The notes under the pieces were generated by a model that did not search any database, was not told the DNA's origin, and saw only the letters and a list, made by a program, of their open reading frames with translations. This document shows positions 1 through 10,119 of a stretch of DNA of 64,000 bases, in pieces. This DNA is from Vicugna vicugna (Eukaryota): positions 806,001-870,000 of the forward strand of contig MU058687.1 in NCBI GenBank assembly GCA_013265495.1, given 5' to 3'. The first letter of the stretch is position 1. Each line of letters begins with the position of its first letter. The position numbers were made by a program, and so were the translations under genes.

Positions 1-327
1 AGCAGAGGCAACACACATCCCCCTAAAGTAAATGAGGCAACAGATGGGACAGTAGTGATTAGAGAAGAAACATAAGAAATAGAAAACCCCAAACTGCAAA
101 GCCCCCGAAGAAATGCCTAAAGCCCAAAGAGAAGCTGTGAGTGGCTCTGTCTCAGCAGGAGGGGGCAGATCAGGTTCGGTACATTGGGCCCAATTCCAGG
201 TCCAGTAGCAGCCCCTGGGCCCTGCGATGGGGCCTAGAGGGCATTTCTGCTCTCAGCCTGGCCCATGGACCCTGAGGATTCCATCTCGCCTCCTGGCCTC
301 CCCACCCTGGTCCCCGCCAGCACTCAC

Positions 328-450
328 ACACACAGCGACTCCTCGATGGATCCAGCATGAGGCCGGGTCTGCAGGTGCAGAGGTAGCTGCCCCTGGTGTT
401 CACGCACTCCGAGTCCTCGCACAGGCCCAGGGTCAAGCACTCGTTGACAT
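328..450 (-). CDS. LTBP2: LTBP2 exon 10 (123 nt), calcium-binding EGF domain
   Basis: ccctgcag|ATGTCAACGAG ... TGTGTGT|gtgagt. Translates (D)[40 protein letters not shown], with the cbEGF consensus D-x-N-E-C and C-x-N-x-x-G-S-Y-x-C. Confidence 0.96.
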
Positions 451-589
451 CTGCAGGGTAGAGGGAGATGACCAAGTGCCCGCCCCACTGAGGCCTGATG
501 GAGGGGAGGGGCTGGGGCAGAGCTCCTCAATGACTTTCTCCAAATAGAAGAACCACAATAAGAGAGCTGCCATTTACTGAGTGTGATTC

Positions 590-720
590 CTCTCTCTGTG
601 CCTCAGTTTCCTATTTGTAAAGTGAGGATAATAAATAGTAACTCCCATATAGTACTGTTAGGGGGATAAAATAAGATAAAAATTGCAAATCACTGGGTCC
701 AGTAACTGGTCATAATGGTC
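590..720 (+). mobile_element. MIR SINE fragment
   Basis: ctctgtgcctcagtttcctatttgtaaagtgaggataata matches the MIR core. Confidence 0.75.
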
Positions 721-724
721 ATAA

Positions 725-900
725 TATTAAGAGCTAATGTTTATTGAGTCCCTAGAATGTGCCAGGTGGTTTACATACAATACCTCATTTAATCGTCATA
801 ATGTTATCAAGTAGGTCCACATGGCCTCATTTTATAGGAGAGGAAACTGAGTTTCCAGGTAACTTGCCCAGAGTCACTCAGCTAGTAAGTAGCATGCTGG
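725..900 (-). mobile_element. MIR SINE fragment (opposite orientation)
   Basis: cctcatttaatc...cattttataggagaggaaactgag...aacttgcccagagtcactcagctagtaagt is the reverse MIR core. Confidence 0.75.
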
Positions 901-3549
901 GAAGTAACAGGAGGAGACTGTGAGGGAAAAGTTTGAGTTGGAGGGTGGAGAATGGGCTGCTAAGTCCCCCCTATTCAGCCTTCCTTGAGAGAACCTGAAG
1001 CATCTCAGATGCTGAATCCAAGGTCCAGGGACCAAGTCCGCAGTGAGAAGCTGCAGGATGAAGGGACCCGGGTAAGGACCAGAAGGCAGGAGGCTGGAGG
1101 TAGGTGCTGGGGGAGGGGGAGAGGGTTAGGAAGGCATGTCTCCAAGTTCTCTGACGACCCCAGCCTCAGGCAGGCCACCCCCTCACCCGCAGACCAATAG
1201 ATGCTTGTGCTACGCTTCAAACAAGGGAAACGTTAGCTTCCTTTGTGACCTCAGAAACGTTTCATGATGGAAATTTCTTCGTGCCAAGGGGAAATCCCAA
1301 CCCTCACACTCTAAGCTCCAAGAAGTCAGGGGCTCCCTTGGTGATAGCACCAGTGCTGATGACAGTGATGGCAGCAGTGATGGTGAGCAGGGAGGGGCAC
1401 CCACCTCTGGGGCCAGGAGACAGCACATGGCAGCCCAGTATCAGCAGAGCCATCTGCTCACTGGCAGGCTTTGGGGAAGTTGGCACTGAGCACAGGAATA
1501 AAGGGGCTGAAAGATGACCCAGCTTGGGCACCAAAGGGAACTGCTCCTTGGCAGGATGCCCTATTGGGAGGGAGAGCTGGGAAGGGGAACTGATCCATTT
1601 GTTCCAGACTGTGACCAGGATGATGTCTAAACAGAAATCTGACTTGGCTCCTGTCTGCTTGAAAAGCCTCCGGGCTCCCCATTACCTCTTAGAGGGAGCT
1701 CCTAAAACCCTACCTGGTATCCAAGGCCCTCCACCATTTCTCAAGGCCTGTGGGCGAGCGGGCGGCTCTGATAAGACACTGGGATGCCCGTGTTGTTTCC
1801 TGTGGGTACACAGGCTGTACTCCAGCCAGTCCAAACTGCTCCTTTGCTTATGCTGTTCCCTCAGCCTGGAATGCCAACATCCCCTTTAGTGGGCCAAGTC
1901 TGTTTTTTTTTAGTTTAGGCCAGGTATCACCTGAAGCCTTCCCCGATCCTCCAGTCTGAGAAGGGGCCCCACCATGGGATCCATAGCAGTGCCTCTTTCC
2001 ATTGAGAGCACTTCTCTCATTGTAATTGTTTAGGTATCTGTCTTCACCATCACTGCGTACTAACACCTAGCCCAATGCATGCAGCTCACAGCAATACCCC
2101 AAATTACTCTGTGGAAGAAGGAGAGAAAGATGGAGAGAGAGGAGAGATGGTGCATGTGGGTGCAGACATGAGCAGGTCCCAGCCCAGATATGGGGACTGC
2201 AACTACAGACATGGGAAGGGGGAGGTTTCAGGGGCAGGGCCTCTTGGGGGCCCTTGGCATCCTGTATCCAGGGAGGCTTAGTGGAGTAAGGACGGAGAGC
2301 TCATTTGAGATCCTGGGAATAACTTGAACCCTACAGACTGGGAAACCTGCCAAGAGGAGAGGCCACTGGGGACAGTATAGGTATGAAGGGCCCTATTGTG
2401 CTCTCTGAGGGTAAAAATGTGGACTTCTCTCCACACCCACTGTCTGCTAGGTCCTTGGTTCACTGCACCTGAGAGGCCGACCCCGGGCTGGGCTGGGTCA
2501 GAGGCCTGCCCTTTTGTCTGGTCCAACCACCTTTTTTAATCCAGGCGCCAGAAATTCCCTCTGCGGCCTGGGACCCCACAGGCAGATAGCCCAGCCATCC
2601 CAGGGCTTCCCCAGACTCCTCTCTCCTGAAGAAGCCTCTGGGGGACGGGACCTAGGAGGCCATCTCAGTCACTCCCTGTCTCTAACAGAGCTTCATAGCC
2701 ATTCAGATAGTGATTTGTCTGGTTCTCAAAGCTTGTCATAGCGGGGAGCTGGCTCAGCCCCAGGAGCCTCTCGCTGGCTGGAAGGCCCAGCTCATATCAC
2801 ACCTATTGCCAAGTCCACAGCCAACAAGGGCCCCCACTCAGAGCCATAGCTGAGCCCCACTTCCCACTCCTTTGTCCCAAGGTGCCCCTGGGCCTTGCCT
2901 CCCTGAGGGTTCTCTAATGCAGAACACCCAGGCCTCAGCTGGCCTTACAGAGACTGCCAGCCAGGCCAGCAAGGCCAGGGACTGTGCTTTAAGGTCACCC
3001 CTCAACCCCTGCCTGCTGCCCCCACCTCCATCCTTTCCACCTGTGCCCTCCCCTCCCACTTCCTGTCTGTGGGAAGGAGGCCTAAAAGCTGAAGGTGCTT
3101 TGTTGGGAAAAGTCCACAAAAGTCCCCAACTCAGGCTGACTTGATCTTCCACCCTGGAGTCAAAAGTCCTCCCACTCCAGGGAGAGCAGCCCAGGAGGTG
3201 AGTGGATATGCGGGGGCTGGGGTGGCATCTTGAGACAGCGCCACACAGCCCCAGAGCTGCAACAACCAGCCCAGATCTGGGTGGGTGGGGGGGTGGAGAT
3301 GGGGACGAGGGAGTGGGATTGGCTCCCAGGCCCTTTCTCTGCTTGCACAATCACTAGCCCCTGAATTCCTTAGGGCCCTGGAACCAGCAGCCACCGCAGC
3401 TCCCCAGGCTGGAGCTCAGAGGTGCCCAGAGGAGACCCTTCAGAGAGTGACAGCCATTCCTTCTGTCTGGGGTGGGGGTGTCTCCCTGCATCATCAAGCC
3501 TCCATCCTTTCCCCTCCCCAAGCCCAGCCCTGGCCCTGCTCATCCTTAC

Positions 3550-3624
3550 CTTGGCAGTGAGTGAGGTTCAGTCTCTTGTACCCCTGGGGACACTGCAACT
3601 GGCCATTTTCAATCACCGGGGAGG
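3550..3624 (-). CDS. LTBP2: LTBP2 exon 9 (75 nt), end of TB/hybrid domain
   Basis: cactccttag|CCTCCCCGGTG ... TGCCAAG|gtaagg. Translates [24 protein letters not shown](D). Phase 1 to 1. Confidence 0.95.
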
Positions 3625-3956
3625 CTAAGGAGTGAAGATACAGACAGGGCTCACTGCAGGCCCCTTGGGCTCCTCTGTCACCCATGCTGGGAAGTGGGGT
3701 GCAGTCTGGAGTCCAGCCCTCTCTGCAGCTGTGAGGCCCCACCCCCAAGCCATCACCCTGGGGAGCTGTGCCTCCTTGACCAAAATTCCTTCCCTGGCTC
3801 TCACCAAGCCACTCTCAGCCCACCTTACTGTTACTGAAAGTGATACTAAGTGACAATATATCTTGTATACAGTTATAATATTAGCTACAGTATATATTAT
3901 ATGATATGCATGTTATATAATACAACATGGGATTGAACAAGTTTTATTTATTTTTA

Positions 3957-4066
3957 CTTTTTTTTTAAGTAATCGTAGATTTGCAGGAAGTTGTAAAAAA
4001 TAGTACAGAGATGGTCCCCTGCATCCATCATCCACTTTCTCCTAATGGTTGCCTCTTACACAACTA
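3957..4066 (-). mobile_element. Old L1M-type 3' end
   Basis: T-rich tail followed by tagatttgcaggaagttgtaaaaaatagtacagaga...ctttctcctaatggt, typical of an ancient L1 3' UTR in antisense. Confidence 0.65.
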
Positions 4067-4117
4067 GTTTTTTTCAGTCATTTTAGAATTTATTTACGTA
4101 TTTTACAATATTATGTT

Positions 4118-4530
4118 TTAAAAATTGAAGTGTAGTTGATGTACAATATTATATGTTACAGGTATACAATATAGTGTATATTTTAAAGGTTTTATTCCAT
4201 TTATAGTTATTATAAAATGTTGGCTAAATTCCCCATGGTGTACAATACATCCTTGTAGCTTATTTTATACCTAATGGTTTGTACCTCTTAATCCTCCACC
4301 TCCATCTTGCCCCTCCCCTTTCCCTCTTCCCACTGGTAACCACTAGTTCCCTCTCTACATCTATGAGTCTGCTTCTTTTCTGTTATATTCACTAGCTTGT
4401 TGTATTTTTTTTCAGAGTCACTAGCTTGTTGTATTTTTTTTTAGAGTCCACATGTAAGTAATATCTTACAGTATTTGTCTTTGTCTGACTTATTTCACTT
4501 AGCATATTGCCTTCCAAGTCCATCCATGCT
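4118..4530 (-). mobile_element. L1 3' UTR / ORF2 end (antisense)
   Basis: ttgaagtgtagttgatgtacaatatt...ccactggtaaccactagtt...tctgacttatttcacttagcata...tccatccatg. Confidence 0.85.
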
Positions 4531-4594
4531 GTACACTAGAAACTAATACAACATTTTAAATCAACTGTACTTCAGTTGAAAAGCAAACAAGCAA

Positions 4595-5134
4595 TCAACC
4601 AACCCATTTAAAATATGAGCAGAAAAACTGAATAGACATTCTTCTAAAAGAGGAAACACAGATGGCCAACAGGAACATGAAAAGTTGCTCAACATCACTA
4701 ATATCAGGGAAACGCAAATCAAAATCACAATGAGATATCATCTCACACCTGTCAGAATGGCCATCATAAAAAAAACACAAATAACAAATGTTGGCAAGGA
4801 TGTGGAGAAAAGGGAACACTTGTACACTGTTTGTGGAAATGTAAATGGGTGCAGCCACTACAGAAAACAATATGGAGGTTTCTCAAAAACCTAAAAATAG
4901 AACTGCTATATGGCCCGGCAATTCCATTCCTGGGCATATATTGAAGAAAAACAGAAACATTAATTCAAAAAGATACATACACCCCACTATTAATGACAAC
5001 ATTATTTATAATTGCCAAGATATGGAAACATCCTAAGTGCACATCAATAGATAAACGGATAAAGAAGCTGTAGCATATATATGCAGTGGAATACAATTTA
5101 CTCATAAAAAAGAAGGCCATTTTGCCATTTGTGG
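4595..5134 (+). mobile_element. L1 ORF2 C-terminal fragment (inverted relative to its 3' end)
   Basis: ORF 4685-4894 includes [24 protein letters not shown]...[16 protein letters not shown], a degenerate L1 ORF2 C-terminus. Confidence 0.9.
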
Positions 5135-5194
5135 CCCTTCATTCACTTTTTTTTTTTCACTTCAAAAACCAGAATTTTATAACTGGCATAAACT

Positions 5195-5468
5195 TTTCCA
5201 TTGCGTCAAAAACAAAATTTCTAGAAATAAACTTAACCAAGGAGGTTACCTATACTCTGAAATTTGTAAAACATTCATGAAGGAAATTGAGGATGATACA
5301 AAGAAATAGAAAGACATCTTGTGCTCTTTGGCAAAATGGCTGTACTACCCAAAGCAATTTACAGATCCACTGCAACCCCTGTCAAAATACGACATTTTTC
5401 ACAGAACTAGAACAAACAATTGCAAAATTTATATGGAACCATAAAAGACCCTGAATTGCCAAAGCAAT
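5195..5468 (+). mobile_element. L1 ORF2 internal fragment
   Basis: ctagaaataaacttaaccaaggagg...tactacccaaagcaatttacagat...tttttcacagaactagaacaa...tggaaccataaaagaccctgaattgccaaagcaat. Confidence 0.85.
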
Positions 5469-5469
5469 A

Positions 5470-6058
5470 TTTTGTAGGTATCTTTTTTTCCCCCCTCTTT
5501 CTTCTTTTTGTTCTCTTTTCTTATGGCTTGATGATTAGAGAAATTCCTTTAACATTTTTTATAAAGCTAGTTTGGTGGTGCTGAATTCTTTTAGCTTTTG
5601 TTTATCTGTGAAGCTTTTGATTTCTCCATCAAATCTGAATGAGAGCCTTGCTGGATAGAGTATTCTTGGTTTTAAGTTTTCCCCTTTCATCACTTTAAAT
5701 ATATCATGCCACTCCCTTCTGGCCTGTAGAGTTTCTGCTGATAAATCAGCTGATAACTTTATGGGAATTCCCTTGTATGTTATTTGCTGCTTTTTTCTTG
5801 CTAATTTTAATATTTTCTCCTTATCCTTAATTGTTGTCAATTTGATCATTATGTGCTTCGGTGTGTTCCTCTTTGGGTTGATTCTGTGTGGAACTCTGTA
5901 CTTCCCGGACTTGGGTCACTGTTTCCTTTCCCAACTGGGGAAGTTTTTGGTTATTATCTCTTCAAAAAATTTCTCAGGTCCTTTCTCTCTCTCTTCTCTT
6001 TCTGGGACCCCTATAATGCGAATATTAGTGTGCTTCATGTCCCAGAGTTCTCTTAAAC
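5470..6058 (-). mobile_element. L1 ORF1 C-terminal fragment
   Basis: ORF 5559-5849: DKEKILKLARKKQQITYKGIPIKLSADLSAETLQARREWHDIFKVMKGENLKPRILYPARLSFRFDGEIKSFTDKQKLKEF, classic L1 ORF1p. Confidence 0.93.
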
Positions 6059-6074
6059 TACAACTATAGTTGTT

Positions 6075-7870
6075 TTATTTGTTTTTAAACATCTGGATAT
6101 GACAATTCACAGTCTGGTTCTAAGTTCAGTTTATTTTGATACTTGGGTTCTTTTTTCTTTTTGCAGATTATCAGATATTTGGTTTTAATGCTACCATAGC
6201 TAACAAAGAATCCAAGACTGAGGTGGAAGAAGCCCATGGTTGGTCGCACTTATAAAACCATGATACTCATTCACTCACACTCACTAACCATGTGATGCTG
6301 CTGTTCAAATTTGGTTAGTGGATTCCCATGTTCCCTGAGGTTAGTTAGTTGTTCTTACAAGTTCAAAAAAGTTAGAAAATCCCAGTTTTCAAGCTTTTCA
6401 AGTATGCAAGTGAAGAGGATCTACAGCAACAAATCACACAATGGCGGAACTGTTTCCAAACACCCGTTTTCAAAAGGCCCTCTCCAAATCACAACTTTCT
6501 TGAAAAGCAGCCCCGCTTCAAGTTCATAGTGAAAAAAACTGGGCAGTGGCCCGAGTCCAGGTGGACCAACAAGGCAATAATTCTCAGTATTTTGGTGCTG
6601 ATACATGTCCTACTTTGATTTTACAACATTTCCCCTGACTTTAAAAAGAAAAAAGAGTATGCTTAAAAAAGTTGACACTCAATAAAAACAGAGAAAACAG
6701 CTCCATTACCCTAGATGGACAGATTAGTACGTCAACCTACAAAGAAGTGATTTGAAAGCGGTTCTTTTTGTTTGTTTTGAAGGTTTTGGGGTTTTTTTTC
6801 TTGAAAGGTGCTAGCAGGTAGTATACTGCTGACAGCCACCTGTCATTACAGGAAAAGGCAGCAAATGTGGAACACCCATCTTTTTGTTTAAAAAATAAAG
6901 AAGAACTATTTTGTTTAAAAAATAAAGAAGAAATAAAGATTCCTTTGCCAAGACATAGCAATTCTCAAGAGGTACTGGGATTTTCACAGACACTATTTCA
7001 GAGCAAAGTTCCATAAAGATACCCTTATGCTTCAAAGGTCTTGTTTTACAAAGTTAACTGCATGATGACTTCCTATAGCAATATGTACTCTCCTGGCTTT
7101 GACTTGTTTGTGGCAATAGCTTGCCTATGAACTCTGTGGTGAGGGTACTTTGCATACAGCGTTCTCCAGCTCCGTTACCTTTCCAGTCCTAACATCAGCC
7201 GCTACCCTTACAGAGCTGTTGGGTAAACCTTATTTTTATTCAAGAAATCATTTACTGTTGAGAACACACGTCTTCTGGTTCAGCATTAGGGGCTTACACA
7301 ATAGATAGTTCTTCATGTATTTTATTGTTGAAATAGATTCTTGCAAGTACCAAGAGACATCTTAGGAATACTTGTACCTTTATCCAATTGTACAGCAAAA
7401 TGTGAGTGCCCCAGTGTTTTAAAATATTTTTCTAGTCAAGATAGCTTTCACTCTCTCATTAGCTGTTATCTCCGGGCACATTATACACTTCAGGCAAGGT
7501 TTGGTACTAATGATAGTATAGCTATAAACTGTATTTCATATAGCCCTCGTTTTTTGGAGGGGGTGGGTAATTAGGTTTTTATTTATTTATTTTAATGGAG
7601 GTACTGGGAATTGAACCCAGGACCTTGTGCATGCTAGGCATGCACTCTACTGCTGAGCTATACCCTCCCCTCATATAGCCTTCTTGATCATTTGGATACT
7701 GGGGTCCATTTTGGGTCCCATCTGAGAGTGCATCATTATTCTTACCTTGTCGTACAGCTGATTACCTGTCAGAGGAGAAGCGTGGGCATTGCATTTTTAA
7801 ATGAGTGCTCGCGATTAGTCATATTATTTTAAATGTTTCTCTGCAAGGATTTTTTAGAGTCACTTCTCCT
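6075..7870 (-). mobile_element. Fossil hAT-Charlie DNA transposon with decayed transposase
   Basis: Minus-strand motifs in correct hAT order: DQEGYMKYS (split by a SINE), HFAVQLDKGTSI (~7368-7402), KIHEEL (~7306-7323), HRQAIAT (~7107-7130), VNFVK..RPL..IFMELCSE (~7000-7058), EQLTNLREHG, GLLP, IKTKY, KYQNKLNLEPD (~6110-6145). Many frameshifts and stops. Confidence 0.8.
7550..7670 (-). mobile_element. tRNA-Ala-derived SINE (camelid Vic-1-like), long-tail form, with TSD
   Basis: Reverse strand: ggggagggtatagctcagcagtagagtgcatgcctagcatgcacaaggtcctgggttcaattcccagtacctccattaaaa...cctaattaccc. TSD tcatatagcc(c/t)tc at 7536-7548 and 7671-7683. Confidence 0.88.
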
Positions 7871-9484
7871 CCTGGTGAAGGCTGCTTTAGTTAAAACTAG
7901 ACGACCCAGTTGAAAAGCCCCACAAACCGAGCATCGTCAGGCATTACATGTTGTGATACCGCAAGACCAACAGGTGCCGCATTTCCCTGGAAGTCCCACT
8001 CCTCCCTAGGATACTTGTGTGCCAAACACAACACGTGACAGCCTGACATACAGACCAAGTGAGGACATAAATTAGTAAAGCTGAAAGTTTTTTTAAGGTT
8101 GAAGAATTGTAAATTGAAGTTGTAATAGTTTTTCCTACCATGGATGGTCTTCCTCAGGGTTTGCATGTGAGAACTAGGCTCCAGCCTAAAAGGCCGCCTT
8201 GTGCAGATAAATAAGGATTCTGAAAACACTGACACTGAGGAGAAGGGTGGGGATGAGGCTGGGAACTGCGAGTGCCTGGCAAGGTGCCTGGTGGCATGAA
8301 CTGAGGACAGGGAGGAGGGAAGAAAGCGAGGAAGCTGTTTTTTGGAGAAACTCAGAAAGCAAGCTGATTAGCCGCAGCCTGCGAACATTACGTACAAGGA
8401 GCAGAAGGTGGGAAAAAGTAACGTGAGGCTGATGCCAGGGGGCTGAGGAACAGTGACAAGGGGACATTTGGACACCACTTTGGAGGCACAAGGCCTTTGG
8501 TGTTTATCTGTTTCTCACAGTAACCCTGCAAGGCAGGGGCCACTATCCCCATTTTACAGATTAGGAAGGTGAAGCTTAAAGGGGGCTGAGTCTGGGTTGA
8601 ACCCAAGCCTCTGGCCACGAAGGGCACATCCCTCCCGCACCCAGAGAGGAAGGGGGGCCAGGAGGCCAGGGCAGCAGGTGGTGTCAGGATGGAGAAGGTT
8701 AGGCAGAAGGACCTTACTCCTTTAATGAGCAGGAGACGGGTGGCAGACAGTTGGGATCAGAGCTGGGGTAAGGGTGGAACCCACTGTGGCCCCTGCAGGA
8801 GACCTGGAGGACCCAAGGATGTGTAAACTCAGAGGGGCTGGGCTCAGTTGTTAGTCTGGAAATATGTGCTTTTTTTCTATAAAGTGATTTCCTCCCAAGA
8901 GGACGCTGCCCTCTCACCAGTCTCGAGAAAAACTGTTGGCTGGACAACCCTTCATGAAGGCAGGCTTCTAGAGAGAAAGAAATGTCAAAGCCAGTCTTCC
9001 TGGTGAAACGCCCCTTTTTGCCAGCCACCCCCACCCCACCTTGAACTGGGGCCTCCGGTGCCCTTCCTCACACCTCACAGAAGCCGTCTCTAAGGGGCTG
9101 GTTTCTAGCTTCTGTAACACCAAGTGCACATCCAATCCAGAAAGGTCAGGTTATATCTCTTTGGGGAAAAGAAAACTAAAGTTTAGATGCATGTAGAAAG
9201 GAGAAACCCTGGCTTGAGTGAGAACTCAGCACCTGCCCACGGTCCTGGCTGAGATTTCGGCAGTGATGGGGAAGAGGGCGGGTATCACCAGATGCACCTC
9301 TCAAGTCCTCCCAACACCTGCTGGCCTTCCCTTGTCGTAGCGCTTTATGTGCTGTGCTGTTTGCTTGTCCCTCTCCCTGCTAAAGTGGGAGCTCTGTGAG
9401 GACAGGGACCTTGCCTTCTTTGTCAATGTTTGCCTCTAGAGCCAAGCTCAGAGCACGCAATAGTACAGGCACTCAATCAACATG

Positions 9485-9694
9485 AAATGAATAATAACAG
9501 CCAACATGACAATGGCATTCACTACGGGCCAGGCCCTATTATAAAGCCTTTACATGTAGTAACTTATTTAATCCTCATAACAGCCCTTGGAGGTACTTAC
9601 TAATATTACCCCCAATTTACAGATGAACAAATGGAGGTGCAGGGAGGTTAAGAAACATGCCCAAGGTCAGCCAGATGGTGGATGGAGCTCGGAT
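9485..9694 (-). mobile_element. MIR interrupted by the solo LTR
   Basis: ttatttaatcctcataacagccct...cccaatttacagatgaacaaatggagg...gaggttaagaaacatgcccaaggtca. MIR-like sequence resumes after 10123. Confidence 0.75.
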
Positions 9695-10119
9695 TGTAAT
9701 AGGGAAGATCAAATCTGACTCCATATTAGATCTGTTCCTTTAGCTCATTCTCAAGGCTCTGCCCTCAAAGAATATAGCACTTTCCCATTCATATAAAGAT
9801 CAAAAATTGGAGAATAGAAAATAGGATTTGTCTTGTTGGAGGTTTACAGGGACACCTTGACCTGACCTATGTGGACAGCTGCAAGAAGAAAGGATTCTGA
9901 CACCAAGAAGTTTGCAACAACCAACCACACCCACTCCCCTTTTTAGTATAAAGGGAGCCTGAATTCTGACTTGGGCAGATGGTTCTCCAGGACATTAGTC
10001 TGTCATCTTCTCCATCTGCCAGCTTTCCAAATAAAGTTGCTATTCCTTGCCCCAAAACCTAATCTCCTGATTTATTGGCCTGTCGTGCAATGAGCAGAAC
10101 GAGTTTGAACTCGGTAACA
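9695..10119 (+). mobile_element. Solo ERV1-class LTR (MER41-like cetartiodactyl family, tentative)
   Basis: TG...CA termini (tgtaataggg ... tcggtaaca), 4-bp TSD GGAT (9691-9694 and 10120-10123), TATAAA at 9947-9952, AATAAA at 10030-10035. Interrupts a MIR. Confidence 0.85.

Noticed and set aside
5559..5849. L1 ORF1 open frame as an active element or host gene
   Set aside because: Only a C-terminal fragment of about 96 codons, flanked by deletions and rearranged pieces, with no 5' UTR.
6075..8200. Processed pseudogene or domesticated transposase gene
   Set aside because: The motifs are hAT transposase, not a cellular mRNA, and the frame is broken by many stops, frameshifts and a SINE.
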